From assembly GCA_963663865.1 (NCBI GenBank), contig OY760686.1, positions 1,504,001 through 1,568,000 of the forward strand: 64,000 nucleotides of DNA. Reading direction: 5' to 3'. The DNA is from Spirochaetota bacterium. GTDB lineage: Bacteria > Spirochaetota > UBA4802 > UBA5550. Below, piece by piece: positions 19,045 through 29,386 of this stretch. The notes beneath the pieces were generated by a model, which saw only the letters and a list, made by a program, of their open reading frames with translations, did not search any database and was not told the origin of the DNA. Made by a program: the position numbers and the translations under genes. The number at the start of each line of letters is the position of its first letter. Positions within the stretch are counted from its first letter, which is position 1.

Positions 19045-19159
19045 ATTCCACCCGATTAAATCATTTATGCCGGCAATATGCCGCAAGACACAGAGATTTT
19101 CTCTTCTGACTGGATATACGTCAAGTAAATAACTTGCTGTAAATGGCTCCGGGAACCTG

Positions 19160-20656
19160 TCAGGACTGAGATTCGTAGCTTTCTTTTAAGGTGCTGTGAA
19201 GCTTTTCAAACTGGGTTTTGCTGTTCAGGTTGAGATAATCGAGAACGTCTTCATCGATAAAGTCGAATCTGAACCTGCGTGACTCAATTTCGACAAGGCA
19301 GTCGGCAATGTATATTGTGTAGATAAGCTGCTTCAGGTTGTCCGGAGCGAGGTGGGGCCTTCTGTTCAATTCAATGGCGGTAATAAGCGCGTCGTTGAAA
19401 CGCCACTTTTTGACGATAAGTGAGCCGAGAGTGCTGTGACTGAGTCCGAGTGAAATCTCTTCGAGGAGATTCGTGTCTTCCAGGCCCTTATATCCTGCGA
19501 TCTGTTTTAGCTTTTCCTGGAGCTTTTCGTCGATTGAAAGAAGCACAATCTTGCCAATGTCTGCGAGAAGAGCGCCCAGGTAAGCGAATTCGCTGTTTTT
19601 GCTCTGATGAGAGTGGAGTGAAAGCTTCTGAGCGTAGAACGCTCTTTTGTACGAGGTTTTACGGATAGCCTCGTAGCGCTTGTACCTTGAGTCCATAATA
19701 TTAAAAGCGCCTGAAGCGACAAGCAGGGTGTTTATTCCCTTAATGCCTATCTTCATGACTGCTTCTTCTATTGTGTCTACCTTCCTGATGGTCAGATAAC
19801 CCGCTGAATTTGCGAGCTTGAGTATGGATGTTGTCAGGGCGGGGTCACGCGAAATATGCTCTGAAATCTCTTTTATCGTAACGTCAGGTGAGGTGCAAAG
19901 CTTCTGAATGGCTGCTATGTTTTCAGGGAATGCAGGTATCTCATCAATTTCTTTGACAAGCTTCTCTGTAATCTCAACGTTCTTTTCTTTTTTTACAAGA
20001 TTCTGAGGAATGGATAGAGTCGCTATTGTGCGGTCATCCTTTCTGAATATCTTGAACGAGTCGGGTCCCAGGCCTGTATTCTTGCACAGCATCATTGCCA
20101 TGATGAGTCCCAGCCCCGCGCCTTCTGATTCATCGAGAACATCTTCAAAAGCGTCAGAGATATCCTTGTATTTGTAAGCCTTTGATATCCTTGACTGAAT
20201 CTTTTTAAGCTCAGCTTCAAGTATCTCAATGTTGTTAATTACGCTGAGGTGAATCTGCTCCCCGAATGTCTTGAATGCAACCCTGACGACAAAATTTGAG
20301 TTTTTGAGCTTTTCAAGGAAATTCTGCTCATCGTCGTGGTAGGCCTCCTGCTTGAAGTGCTCCATGCCGTTTCTATAGTCTTCGGTTTTGCTGATGTCAA
20401 GGCCCTTGAGTTTGAAATAGAGTCTCTTGAGGTTTGCCTTGATAGCGTTGTTTATGAGTTCTTTGGCAACGGATATTACAGTATCCTTGATATAGAGAAT
20501 GTCATATTCTTCGAGGTACCGGTGTATAATTCTTATTATAAGAGCTTCTACTGAGGGAGTCAGCGTATTAAACTGAATGTAGAAATCTTCATTGTTTTTA
20601 ATAGCTTCCTTGTAGTCGGCTGGTTTGATTATAAAGTCGGGAGAAGATTCAGTCAA
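19160..20656 (-). CDS. HDOD domain protein with N-terminal HATPase-like domain
   Basis: [43 protein letters not shown]; N-terminal [11 protein letters not shown]...ESEGAGLG. Confidence 0.88.
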   Translation of the reverse strand: MTESSPDFIIKPADYKEAIKNNEDFYIQFNTLTPSVEALIIRIIHRYLEEYDILYIKDTVISVAKELINNAIKANLKRLYFKLKGLDISKTEDYRNGMEHFKQEAYHDDEQNFLEKLKNSNFVVRVAFKTFGEQIHLSVINNIEILEAELKKIQSRISKAYKYKDISDAFEDVLDESEGAGLGLIMAMMLCKNTGLGPDSFKIFRKDDRTIATLSIPQNLVKKEKNVEITEKLVKEIDEIPAFPENIAAIQKLCTSPDVTIKEISEHISRDPALTTSILKLANSAGYLTIRKVDTIEEAVMKIGIKGINTLLVASGAFNIMDSRYKRYEAIRKTSYKRAFYAQKLSLHSHQSKNSEFAYLGALLADIGKIVLLSIDEKLQEKLKQIAGYKGLEDTNLLEEISLGLSHSTLGSLIVKKWRFNDALITAIELNRRPHLAPDNLKQLIYTIYIADCLVEIESRRFRFDFIDEDVLDYLNLNSKTQFEKLHSTLKESYESQS

Positions 20657-20710
20657 AATATAGCTCCTATAGGGCGTTAATATAGTTTATTTGCTGCAAA
20701 TTTTATTTGT

Positions 20711-23641
20711 TCAAAGGAAATAATCAAGTGTTTTACGGTCTGAAGCTGCGTATCCCATTAAATTAATCCCAAAACCAAAGAAAACCTGATTTTCGCCTCC
20801 GCTCTGGAGGCCCCTTGCATAACCGATATAGCCGAATGAATCGACATTGTAGCCCAGTGTCAGATTAGCGTAGAGCTGTACTCCTGCGCTCACCTTTGTT
20901 TCAGAAAAATCCAGCCTGCTTGACCATACATTGCCTGATTCGGCAAAGAGCTTAATCCACAGGTCCCTGAACATGAGCGGGAAGTTCCCCGAGGCCAGAT
21001 CCATCTGGATGAGCGGGAAACGGTATTCCAGAAAGCCGGCTGCTATATAGTCGCCCGTCATGTCAGCTGAGGCCGGATAACCTCTTATTCCGAACACGTC
21101 TTCAATAGCGGAGGGCCCTACAACGGCCCCTGAAGCGTATTTTCCCAGATAAAAGCCGTCTTCCCCGGCCGGCCTGGAAAAAAAGCCGCCGCCTCTGATG
21201 TTCAGAGCCACAACGTGATTCAACGCGAAACCGGGCAGATACTCATAGTACTCACCCGCGGCCTTGCCAAAGTTATTATCGGAAGAAATAGTGCGGTTAT
21301 AAATATTTCCGAATAAAAGAAATCTTTTTCCGTTTTCAGGTGAGATTGAATAGGTATAGGCCTCATCGCCCATATATGAAAAAGAGCACTGAACAAAGGA
21401 CTCGTTGGCCAATGTGGTCGTTTTTGTATCCTGATAATAGCGGTCGGTGTATTTTTTATTGTAGAAGTACGATAGAGACAGCCTGGAATCACAGTCAATC
21501 TCCCTGAACGGCAGAGCCATCGAAGCGTAGGCCATTCGGTAGCGCTTTCGTGAAACGGCTGAGTCAGTTTCCGGCTCCGACCAGGGAAAGCGATCCCGGC
21601 CGGCAATAAGAGTGCTGTCGGCGAAGCCCCCGGTCAGGTCGGGATAGAGCCCGGAATAGGTATAGTACATGTTTACCAGGGCTCTGCGCTGTTCAAAGTA
21701 GTACGCGCCCGCGAGCCCGTAAGAGTGTCTGTATAGAACATCATAGGCGTAAGTAGAGAAGGAAAGAAAGCTGTCATATCCTCCGGGGTATACCTCAACC
21801 GCGTCAATGCCGAAGGATGGCAAAGCGAATTGCGGCAGCGCCGAAGGAAAGGGGGAGTAAGGCCTGTCAGTGATATGTTCCAACTCAGGGGAGGATGTGG
21901 ACTCACCGAAGTAGTCTCCGGCAAGGGGCCGGGACTCAGCTTTTATGGAAGAGTAAGCCTTCCGCGGATATGGTGAAACCGCAAGGCTGAATCCGTCCGG
22001 GTGATACGAGGAGTAGACCACACCTCCTCCCGAGTCAATCACTCCGGGATGGAACGCGCCGCCGATCAGATTTGTAATTCGGGAAATGGTGCCCGTATCA
22101 GGGTTGTATTCATGCAAATTGTAAACGCCGTTGGAGTCGGCAGAGAACAGTACGCGCCTTCCGTCAGGGTGAAAGGCAGGATGAATGCAGCTGAAAGGGG
22201 CCTTCAGCGACTGCGCTGTTTTGTCAGTGAGGTCTATCAAGGCAATCGAGGCCTCCGGCCGGCCCTTTCTGTATGACAGCACGGCCCTTTTCCCGTCGGG
22301 GGAATAGCGGCAGAAGGAAAGCTGAACCGAGCTGTCTTTGAGAATATAGGTTGTCTTGGTGAAGTCAGCCGGAGATTCGCAAAGCGAGTATTTTCCAGCT
22401 GAGGAAGTGATATAAAGAACCCTTGATCCGTCAGGGCTTGTGTCAAGGTGGCTGATCCTTTTTCCCCCGGTGAGCCTGTTGTAGTCGCCGGAAAAGCTGT
22501 ACGCCTCTCCGAAGATGCTGAAGTTTTTGTATACCGCGGCATCGGCAACGAACACAGAGCCGTCCGGCGCAGCCGAGAGGCAAAGAGGCGCGTACAGCTT
22601 GCAGTGTTCCTTCCATCCGCTGCCGTCGGTGTTGACTGAGACCAGCTTTGTGTAGCTCCGCTGTGACTGTTCAGCGTAGTATACACGGCCGTCAGGCCCG
22701 GCTATGGGCATTAGCGCCATTGTCGACTCGGGCGATATAACAGTTTCTGCGCTGAGGCCGTCGGCTTTGATTCTGTCGATTATTTCTCTATTTGACCTGA
22801 AGATGTCATTTTTCCATTCATCCCAGAGCGTTGGGAATCTCTTTCTGAAAACTTCCCTCGAGTTCCAGCACAGCATGTACGGAATCAGGTTGTCTGAATT
22901 AGCCTCAAATATCTGCGCTGACTTTCCCTTGCCGTACTTTCTGTCAAGAAATTCGAGAAAACGGCCGCCGTAGATATAGGGCACACGTCCAGCCGGCCAC
23001 TCTCTGGGGAAGACTGCCGCCTTGCTCATGTCCTTGAACCTGTCTGAATAGACCTCTGTTCTGATAATCATGTCGGCGTAGCTGCTGTTGTTCCGGCCGT
23101 GTTTGCCGTCCATGGATTCATTGAAAACAGCGTTTCCTTCAATGAGCCACATGGGCTGAAAGATGCCCGGGAAGAATATCCGCCCGGGGAAGACACGTGA
23201 AAGGGAGATACATCCCGTAATCATGTCGAGGTTGAGGATATGAGTGTATTCATGGGTGAAAACTGTCTCTATCCAGTCGCTCGAGTTGTGAAGCACAGAG
23301 TCCGGACCCGGCGCTGAGGCGTATATCTCAATGCGGTTTACGGGAAATGGTGTCGCGCTTCCGTTTGACCAGTCGGTGTTGTCGACAACCACCACTTCAG
23401 TTTTAGCGGAAGGCGTCCATCCGGCAAGGGGGGCGAGCTTTTCGTGAGTGCGCTCCGCGATAACCGCTGTTTTGAGCGCCATTTCCTTCAGCCCCTGGTG
23501 GAAGTGAATGCGGAAATGGGCTGTTTCAATAGTGCGCCATTCGAGAGATGGACTGTAGATGTTTGCCGCAAAAAGGGAGCCTGCAGCAATAACAGCTCCC
23601 AGAAAGGTGAGGATTCTGAGCGGTGTGCTTATGATGTTCAT
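20711..23641 (-). CDS. Outer-membrane protein: gluzincin (peptidase MA-like) domain, PD40/TolB-like propeller and Omp85-like barrel
   Basis: Signal peptide; HEYTH and WLIEGNA; SPDG/HPDG repeats; IRGY and LEYRFP motifs in the C-terminal barrel. Confidence 0.82.
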   Translation of the reverse strand: MNIISTPLRILTFLGAVIAAGSLFAANIYSPSLEWRTIETAHFRIHFHQGLKEMALKTAVIAERTHEKLAPLAGWTPSAKTEVVVVDNTDWSNGSATPFPVNRIEIYASAPGPDSVLHNSSDWIETVFTHEYTHILNLDMITGCISLSRVFPGRIFFPGIFQPMWLIEGNAVFNESMDGKHGRNNSSYADMIIRTEVYSDRFKDMSKAAVFPREWPAGRVPYIYGGRFLEFLDRKYGKGKSAQIFEANSDNLIPYMLCWNSREVFRKRFPTLWDEWKNDIFRSNREIIDRIKADGLSAETVISPESTMALMPIAGPDGRVYYAEQSQRSYTKLVSVNTDGSGWKEHCKLYAPLCLSAAPDGSVFVADAAVYKNFSIFGEAYSFSGDYNRLTGGKRISHLDTSPDGSRVLYITSSAGKYSLCESPADFTKTTYILKDSSVQLSFCRYSPDGKRAVLSYRKGRPEASIALIDLTDKTAQSLKAPFSCIHPAFHPDGRRVLFSADSNGVYNLHEYNPDTGTISRITNLIGGAFHPGVIDSGGGVVYSSYHPDGFSLAVSPYPRKAYSSIKAESRPLAGDYFGESTSSPELEHITDRPYSPFPSALPQFALPSFGIDAVEVYPGGYDSFLSFSTYAYDVLYRHSYGLAGAYYFEQRRALVNMYYTYSGLYPDLTGGFADSTLIAGRDRFPWSEPETDSAVSRKRYRMAYASMALPFREIDCDSRLSLSYFYNKKYTDRYYQDTKTTTLANESFVQCSFSYMGDEAYTYSISPENGKRFLLFGNIYNRTISSDNNFGKAAGEYYEYLPGFALNHVVALNIRGGGFFSRPAGEDGFYLGKYASGAVVGPSAIEDVFGIRGYPASADMTGDYIAAGFLEYRFPLIQMDLASGNFPLMFRDLWIKLFAESGNVWSSRLDFSETKVSAGVQLYANLTLGYNVDSFGYIGYARGLQSGGENQVFFGFGINLMGYAASDRKTLDYFL

Positions 23642-24059
23642 TCCCGGGTTCCGCCTCCTGGAATATAATTCTGTGTCTGCTGTGCCAGTATTAAAGCTGA
23701 ATACCGCGGCAAGAGCCTGATACTTGAGCAGGACATTTTCTATGACACTTTACATAAATAATGTATTCGATTACAATCCAATCTTCAGGTCAATTGTAAA
23801 AAAACGAGCAGTTCAGTGAGTTAAGAAAAAATCATTTTTGGGTTGAATAAAAACAGTCTTTTTAACTATTTGTACCTGGACGGGTGGCAGGTAGCGGTTT
23901 TATCCGGCCCACCAATATTCATTCATTTTCTTAATTTGAATTGACATTCACATATTACGGGTTTATCGGTAGCAAGGTGCTTCCTGAGCCGATGTTGCCC
24001 GGGATGATGAATCTGCTAAATTCTAATATCGGAATTTTTACGCCTTATGGAGTTCGTCA

Positions 24060-24503
24060 ATGCCCAGAGATGATTTTCCCAATCTAAATACAAAGACTCC
24101 CGACGGATTGAGACCGGGCGGGAAGCCTTACAGAGTGATAGTAGCTGAAAGCAGAGATTTTCAGAGGAAGCTTATCGTTCAGATACTTGAGTCAGAACAG
24201 TATCATGTCGTGGCACAGGCCGAAAACGGACGCGATGCGCTGAACAAGCTTGATGCCCTCGATAAGCCTGTTGATCTGATAACGACTGAGCTTGACATGC
24301 CGGTTCTTGACGGATACGCTATGCTGTATGAGCTCAATCAGCGTTCATCCAGGCCGATAGTTGTTTTTGTCAGCGAAGAGACAACAAAGGGAGTCATGCA
24401 GGATCTGATCAAGATGGGAATATCAGATTATATTCTGAAACCCATTGACCGCAGGGTTTTTCTTGAAAGGCTTAAAAATGTGATAAAAAGGCATAATATT
24501 TAA
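24060..24503 (+). CDS. Spirochaetal CheY-like single receiver domain with degenerate phosphoacceptor site
   Basis: DFPNLN...PYRVIVAES, DLITTELDMPVLDG, YILKPIDR. Confidence 0.85.
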   Translation: MPRDDFPNLNTKTPDGLRPGGKPYRVIVAESRDFQRKLIVQILESEQYHVVAQAENGRDALNKLDALDKPVDLITTELDMPVLDGYAMLYELNQRSSRPIVVFVSEETTKGVMQDLIKMGISDYILKPIDRRVFLERLKNVIKRHNI

Positions 24504-24538
24504 GGCCTGCTGCTGGCGGTCCGGGGAAATGGTGCAAT

Positions 24539-25621
24539 ATGTCCGATGTTTTAAAATCAGCTGCTGATACTCTGGCAGAGCAGACCCGCAAGCTGGATAT
24601 CGCTGTTCATTTTACTCACGGCGACACGGAAAAGGCAAAAAAAATGATCGCCGGCGCTTACAGGGATATTTTTGCGATCAAAGTGCGTTTTTTTTCCTCC
24701 TCGCTTTCGGGAGCTTTCCTCATTTTCTTTCATCCCGAATACCTCCAGGTCATGAACATATTTGTTCTCGTCACCTCCTCTTTCTCCATAGAGGATCTTA
24801 AGACGAATATCGACTGGAGAACCTTTGAAAAACAGCTCAAGGAGATTCAGGATGAGGGCCAGTATGACCAGGTTCTTTGCAACCATGCCAGAGAGGAAAT
24901 TGTACATTCCCTTGACACTCTTGCCCTTGCGGAGATAAAAAAGCTAATCGACCTCAATGACGCCATCGCTCTCAATCACAGATTTAAAAAAGTCGCTGAA
25001 TCCAAGCTCGGGTATCAGCAGATAAAAATCAGTGTCGATGTCGAACCGACATCCTCGCTTGACATGGAAGTCTACTCCATTACCGGGAAAAAAATCGATC
25101 CGAAAGACCTCCAGAAGCCTCAAACCGAAGAACAGGGAGAGGGAAAAGCAGAGCCTGAAAACCCTGAAGATGTTCTTTCCGGCAGGGAGATTAAGCTTGT
25201 AGTGAACGCGAGCCTTATCCTGTCGCCGATCAAGGGCAAGGATGTGTCGCAGCTTTCAGAAGGGGAGAGGGTAAAAATCAAGCTTGTCGACAAAACCCCC
25301 AAGTCTGTTCAGCTCGCGAAGGCATTTAACGCCTATGATGAAGAGAGCGGGGCGTTCTCGGCCATAACCGGGAGAATTGTATCAATCAAACACGATCCGG
25401 CAGGCGGATACAGGATTAACGCTGTCGTTGCCAAAGGAATATACGCGAAGATATACGAAGAGGAAGAGAATATCAAAGTCGCTATTGATGACAGCGGGGC
25501 GGCCGCGCTTGCGAAGGCTCAGAGCGCGTCTTCCGCTAAGATCAGTCCGGTCTGGATGATTGCTACCGGCGCCTGCGTGCTTCTTCTGCTTGGAACAGTG
25601 ATTTACTTTCTTTTGAAATAG
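24539..25621 (+). CDS. Hypothetical protein with C-terminal TM anchor
   Basis: 360-aa ORF just downstream of the CheY-like gene; hydrophobic C-terminus. Confidence 0.75.
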   Translation: MSDVLKSAADTLAEQTRKLDIAVHFTHGDTEKAKKMIAGAYRDIFAIKVRFFSSSLSGAFLIFFHPEYLQVMNIFVLVTSSFSIEDLKTNIDWRTFEKQLKEIQDEGQYDQVLCNHAREEIVHSLDTLALAEIKKLIDLNDAIALNHRFKKVAESKLGYQQIKISVDVEPTSSLDMEVYSITGKKIDPKDLQKPQTEEQGEGKAEPENPEDVLSGREIKLVVNASLILSPIKGKDVSQLSEGERVKIKLVDKTPKSVQLAKAFNAYDEESGAFSAITGRIVSIKHDPAGGYRINAVVAKGIYAKIYEEEENIKVAIDDSGAAALAKAQSASSAKISPVWMIATGACVLLLLGTVIYFLLK

Positions 25622-25625
25622 TCTC

Positions 25626-26390
25626 TTATTTAACCATTCTCATCGGCAGGCCCCGTGAGGATAGCAGCTCTTTAACTTCTTTTATTGTATGCTCTCTGAA
25701 ATGAAATATTGAGGCGGCAAGAACCGCGTCAGCCTTACCGTCTGTCAGGCCTTCGTACATGTGCTCAATGTTTCCGACTCCGCCGGAGGCTATCACAGGG
25801 ATGTCAACCGCGCTGGAAACCTCGCTCGTAAGCTCAATGTCGTAGCCGGCCTTTGTGCCGTCCCTGTCCATGCTCGTAAGGAGTATTTCGCCCGCGCCCA
25901 GATCGCGCGCTCGCTTTGCCCACTCAACCGCGTCCAGTTCGGTAGGAGTACGGCCCCCGTGCAGGTAGACAGTCCATCCCCCCCCCGAATTTTTCTTTGC
26001 GTCAATTGCCACGAGGATACACTGGGAACCGAACTTTTCGGCTGATTCGGTAATGAGCCGGGGGTTCTCAACGGCCGAGGTGTTGATAGATACCTTGTCG
26101 GCCCCGTTCTCAAGAATCATACGGACATCATCGACGGTGCGTATGCCGCCGCCTACGGTGAAAGGAATGTGAACTGTTTCAGCGACATTCTTGACCATGT
26201 CGAGGATGATGGCCCTTCTGTCCGACGAAGCTGTGATGTCAAGAAATACAAGCTCGTCCGCGCCCTCTGCGTCGTAAAATTTGCCGTTTTCAACGGGGTC
26301 TCCCGCGTCAATAAGGTTGAGAAAGTTTATTCCTTTGACTACGCGTCCGTCCTTGACGTCGAGGCAGGGTATTATTCTTTTAGCAAGCAT
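25626..26390 (-). CDS. hisF: Imidazole glycerol phosphate synthase subunit HisF
   Basis: [41 protein letters not shown]. Confidence 0.97.
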   Translation of the reverse strand: MLAKRIIPCLDVKDGRVVKGINFLNLIDAGDPVENGKFYDAEGADELVFLDITASSDRRAIILDMVKNVAETVHIPFTVGGGIRTVDDVRMILENGADKVSINTSAVENPRLITESAEKFGSQCILVAIDAKKNSGGGWTVYLHGGRTPTELDAVEWAKRARDLGAGEILLTSMDRDGTKAGYDIELTSEVSSAVDIPVIASGGVGNIEHMYEGLTDGKADAVLAASIFHFREHTIKEVKELLSSRGLPMRMVK

Positions 26391-26594
26391 TGCGTTCTCC
26401 ATGAAAGGCTGATGGAACTAATCTGAAGGCTGTGTTGATTTGCGCAATAATAATTTTATTGATGATGATTTGTGAAAAAAAAGTGTTTTTTCAGTAATTA
26501 AAAAAATTTTGTTTATTTTTTCTGCCAATACACACATAGTCCATAAAAGCAGATATCAATATAAAATGATAATTAAAGACCTCAGGAGGACTTG

Positions 26595-29072
26595 ATGAAA
26601 AGGCTGTTATTGTGGGTTTTACTGCCGGTGTTGTTTGTCGTTGCAGGCTGTGGAGATGAAATGGAGAGGATTACTATCGATCCTCCTGAAACAGATTCTG
26701 AGCGGGCTAGAGAGCTAACTTCAAGAATGACCCTAGAAGAGAAGATCAACCAGATGAGCGGAGGGCCAAGACAATCTTCAACCATGTCAATGATGACACA
26801 GATATACGACGCTAGGCTCAATATTCCGAGCATGGTTTTCAGCGACGGGACCCGCGGCGCCAAATCAATGACGACCGATCAGGAGTACTCGTACACAACC
26901 GTATTTCCGGTTGCTTCACTACGGGCTGCTTCGTTTGACCGGGAATCGGAATATATGGTAGGCGAGATAAGCGCCCTTGAAACGAGGTCATTGGGCAACT
27001 ACGTCCTCTGCGCTCCCAATCTGAACCAGACAGTCAACCCGCGATACGGCAGGAGCCAGGAGGCCTACGGCGAGGACTCATATCTTATTGGCGAAATGGC
27101 TTCCTCGCACATAAATGGAACAAAGTACTCGGGAGCTGCCGACGAAGACGGTGATGGGAAACCTGATCTTGATGAAAGCGGAAAGATCATATACTATGAC
27201 GCTGAAGGCAGGCGCACCTACGCTGTCCAGTCGGTAATATCCGAGTTCGCTGTATCGGGTGTTGAAAACCCACGCCGGCTGATCAACGCCGTTGTTGACG
27301 AGAGAACACTCCGCGAGGTATTTCTGCCCCAGTTCAGGAAGACCATCGACAAGTCAGACCCGGCAGGCGTTATGTCGGCCTATAATCGGGTGAACGGAGA
27401 TTACTGCGCGTCCAACAGAGAGCTTATGAAAGATATTCTCCGAGGCGAGTGGGATTTTAAGGGATACACACTTACGCAGTGGTATGGAATTGCGGAATCA
27501 ACTGAAAAGGCCGTCGAAGTCCAACTGGGAATCGAGATGCCCTATTCATCCGGAATAGAAGATTATGAATTTGTATACGGCCCGCAACTTTTAAATGCTA
27601 TTTGTTCTGGAACTATACACGAATGTGATATAGACCCCATGGTCGCACGCATACTGTTTAGAAAAATACAATATGGAATGCTGGACTACGGACGCGATTT
27701 CTCAATTACCTATGGTGTAGGCCAGGAAGACGAGTACCACGCCTATCAGAGCACCAAAGGGCTGCAGAGACCGGAGTCCATTCAGGCGAGCCTTGAGATC
27801 GCGAGAAGAGGAATCGTCCTCTTAAAGGACGGCAGCCGAAGCACAGAGTCATCTGTCGGTGGCTTTCTTCCACTCAGCAGTAGTTCGGTTAGCATTACAT
27901 CTGAACACCCGGCGGTCATGCTTGGGCAATATTCCAATGAAGCACGCACCGGTGATTTCGGTTCATCAAATGCGATCTCTTCTACCATGCATGCCAGCCT
28001 TGACATCACTCCCTTTCAGGGATTCATTGAATTCCTCGGGGAAGAACACGTTAAGTATTTTACTGGGAATAAAGATATAGATTATGTCTACTTTGCGATC
28101 AATGATGAGGAATACGAGGATGAGAAGGCTTTGAACACGCTTAAGACAGCTTCGTGGGCAATCATTGTATGCTCCTATACCCCTGCTAATTTTTATTCAC
28201 CTGAATTGACGGCTCCAGAAGGTGAAGACATGGACCGTTCCTCACTTTCGCTGCCAGAGCGTGACCTCGGCAACATACAAGCGGCAGTTGAAGCGAAAAC
28301 GGCCAACCCTGACCTAAAGATTATGGTGATCATTGAGAGCGGTTCAGCCGTTCTCGTCGAGGACTTTGTAAATGATGTCGATGTGATTGTTCAGGCATGG
28401 TACCCCGGCATGTGCGGCGGCCAGGCCATAGCCGAGCTCGTCTTCGGACAGACACTCGATCATAACATGTGGACAGGCGAGCCGCAGGAGGTCAGAGCTG
28501 TCAGCTTCTCAGGGAAAAGCCCTGTGACATGGCCGCGTTCAGACGAACAACTGCCCTTTTATCCTTCGAGCAGACAAACAGAAGAATACAACTACGGCTA
28601 CTACCACGGTTACCGCTTCTTTGAGAAGGACCTGGCCGAAACAGAAGACAAAAGCCCCCGCTACTGGTTTGGTTACGGACTGAGCTACAATACCTACAGC
28701 TACAGCAACCTGGAGGTCGATCCTAACTACGTCAATGATGAAGGAACCAGGCTTGTCAAGGTGAGCGTCGATGTCACAAACAACGGAGAGTACGATTCAT
28801 CAGAGATTGTGCAGGCCTATGTAGGCTTCAGTCAGTCACAGCTTGACGACGCCTGGGGCCGTCCGGTCAAGCAGCTCTTCAGCTTTGACAGGATTGACAT
28901 TGCTGGAGGAGAAACAGAAAAGGCAGTCATGTACATTGAGCCATCAGATCTCGCCTACTGGGACAAGGCCTCTCAGAGCATGGTAATCGAAGACATGCAG
29001 TACGAGCTTATCGTGGCAGAAAGCTCCGATCCGAATGCCCAAAAGCTCACCTCGGCCTTCAGCTTAAATTAG
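26595..29072 (+). CDS. GH3-family (BglX-like) lipoprotein with Fn3-like C-terminal domain; catalytic residues altered
   Basis: Lipobox VAGC; MTLEEKI, GRSQEAYGED, DERTLRE, MSAYN, QAWYPG, FGYGLSY, RPVKQL; RBS AGGAGG. Confidence 0.9.
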   Translation: MKRLLLWVLLPVLFVVAGCGDEMERITIDPPETDSERARELTSRMTLEEKINQMSGGPRQSSTMSMMTQIYDARLNIPSMVFSDGTRGAKSMTTDQEYSYTTVFPVASLRAASFDRESEYMVGEISALETRSLGNYVLCAPNLNQTVNPRYGRSQEAYGEDSYLIGEMASSHINGTKYSGAADEDGDGKPDLDESGKIIYYDAEGRRTYAVQSVISEFAVSGVENPRRLINAVVDERTLREVFLPQFRKTIDKSDPAGVMSAYNRVNGDYCASNRELMKDILRGEWDFKGYTLTQWYGIAESTEKAVEVQLGIEMPYSSGIEDYEFVYGPQLLNAICSGTIHECDIDPMVARILFRKIQYGMLDYGRDFSITYGVGQEDEYHAYQSTKGLQRPESIQASLEIARRGIVLLKDGSRSTESSVGGFLPLSSSSVSITSEHPAVMLGQYSNEARTGDFGSSNAISSTMHASLDITPFQGFIEFLGEEHVKYFTGNKDIDYVYFAINDEEYEDEKALNTLKTASWAIIVCSYTPANFYSPELTAPEGEDMDRSSLSLPERDLGNIQAAVEAKTANPDLKIMVIIESGSAVLVEDFVNDVDVIVQAWYPGMCGGQAIAELVFGQTLDHNMWTGEPQEVRAVSFSGKSPVTWPRSDEQLPFYPSSRQTEEYNYGYYHGYRFFEKDLAETEDKSPRYWFGYGLSYNTYSYSNLEVDPNYVNDEGTRLVKVSVDVTNNGEYDSSEIVQAYVGFSQSQLDDAWGRPVKQLFSFDRIDIAGGETEKAVMYIEPSDLAYWDKASQSMVIEDMQYELIVAESSDPNAQKLTSAFSLN

Positions 29073-29093
29073 ACTTTGTCTGGAATTTATGCA

Positions 29094-29120
29094 CCTGCCG
29101 CTTCACATGTAAGCGGCAGG
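29094..29120 (+). terminator. Hairpin downstream of the GH3 gene
   Basis: Stem CCTGCCGCTT/AAGCGGCAGG; weak U-tract. Confidence 0.6.
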
Positions 29121-29386
29121 AACTCTGTAACACGATGTCCGCTAATCTGTTAATCACCACAGAAAAACTCCATCCTCACAAAAATACTTTCTGATCAGCG
29201 AAACATTACTCCTGCCTGCGTTTTAATCTGTAAGGACAGAAGATGTGTATCAACTATTAAAGAGGCCGGTTGAGGACAGGAAGATGTTTTAATCTGAGGA
29301 TGTGAAGTGACATCTGTAGAAACGAAAATTTGATTTAAACCGCCGCTATTATTAGCTTTTAGGCAATCATATACGAGGATAATTGT

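Noticed and set aside
23865-23915. c-di-GMP-I riboswitch suggested by GGTAGCGG upstream of the CheY-like gene
   Set aside because: The GCAAAC and GACGCAAA elements and the P2 stem are missing.
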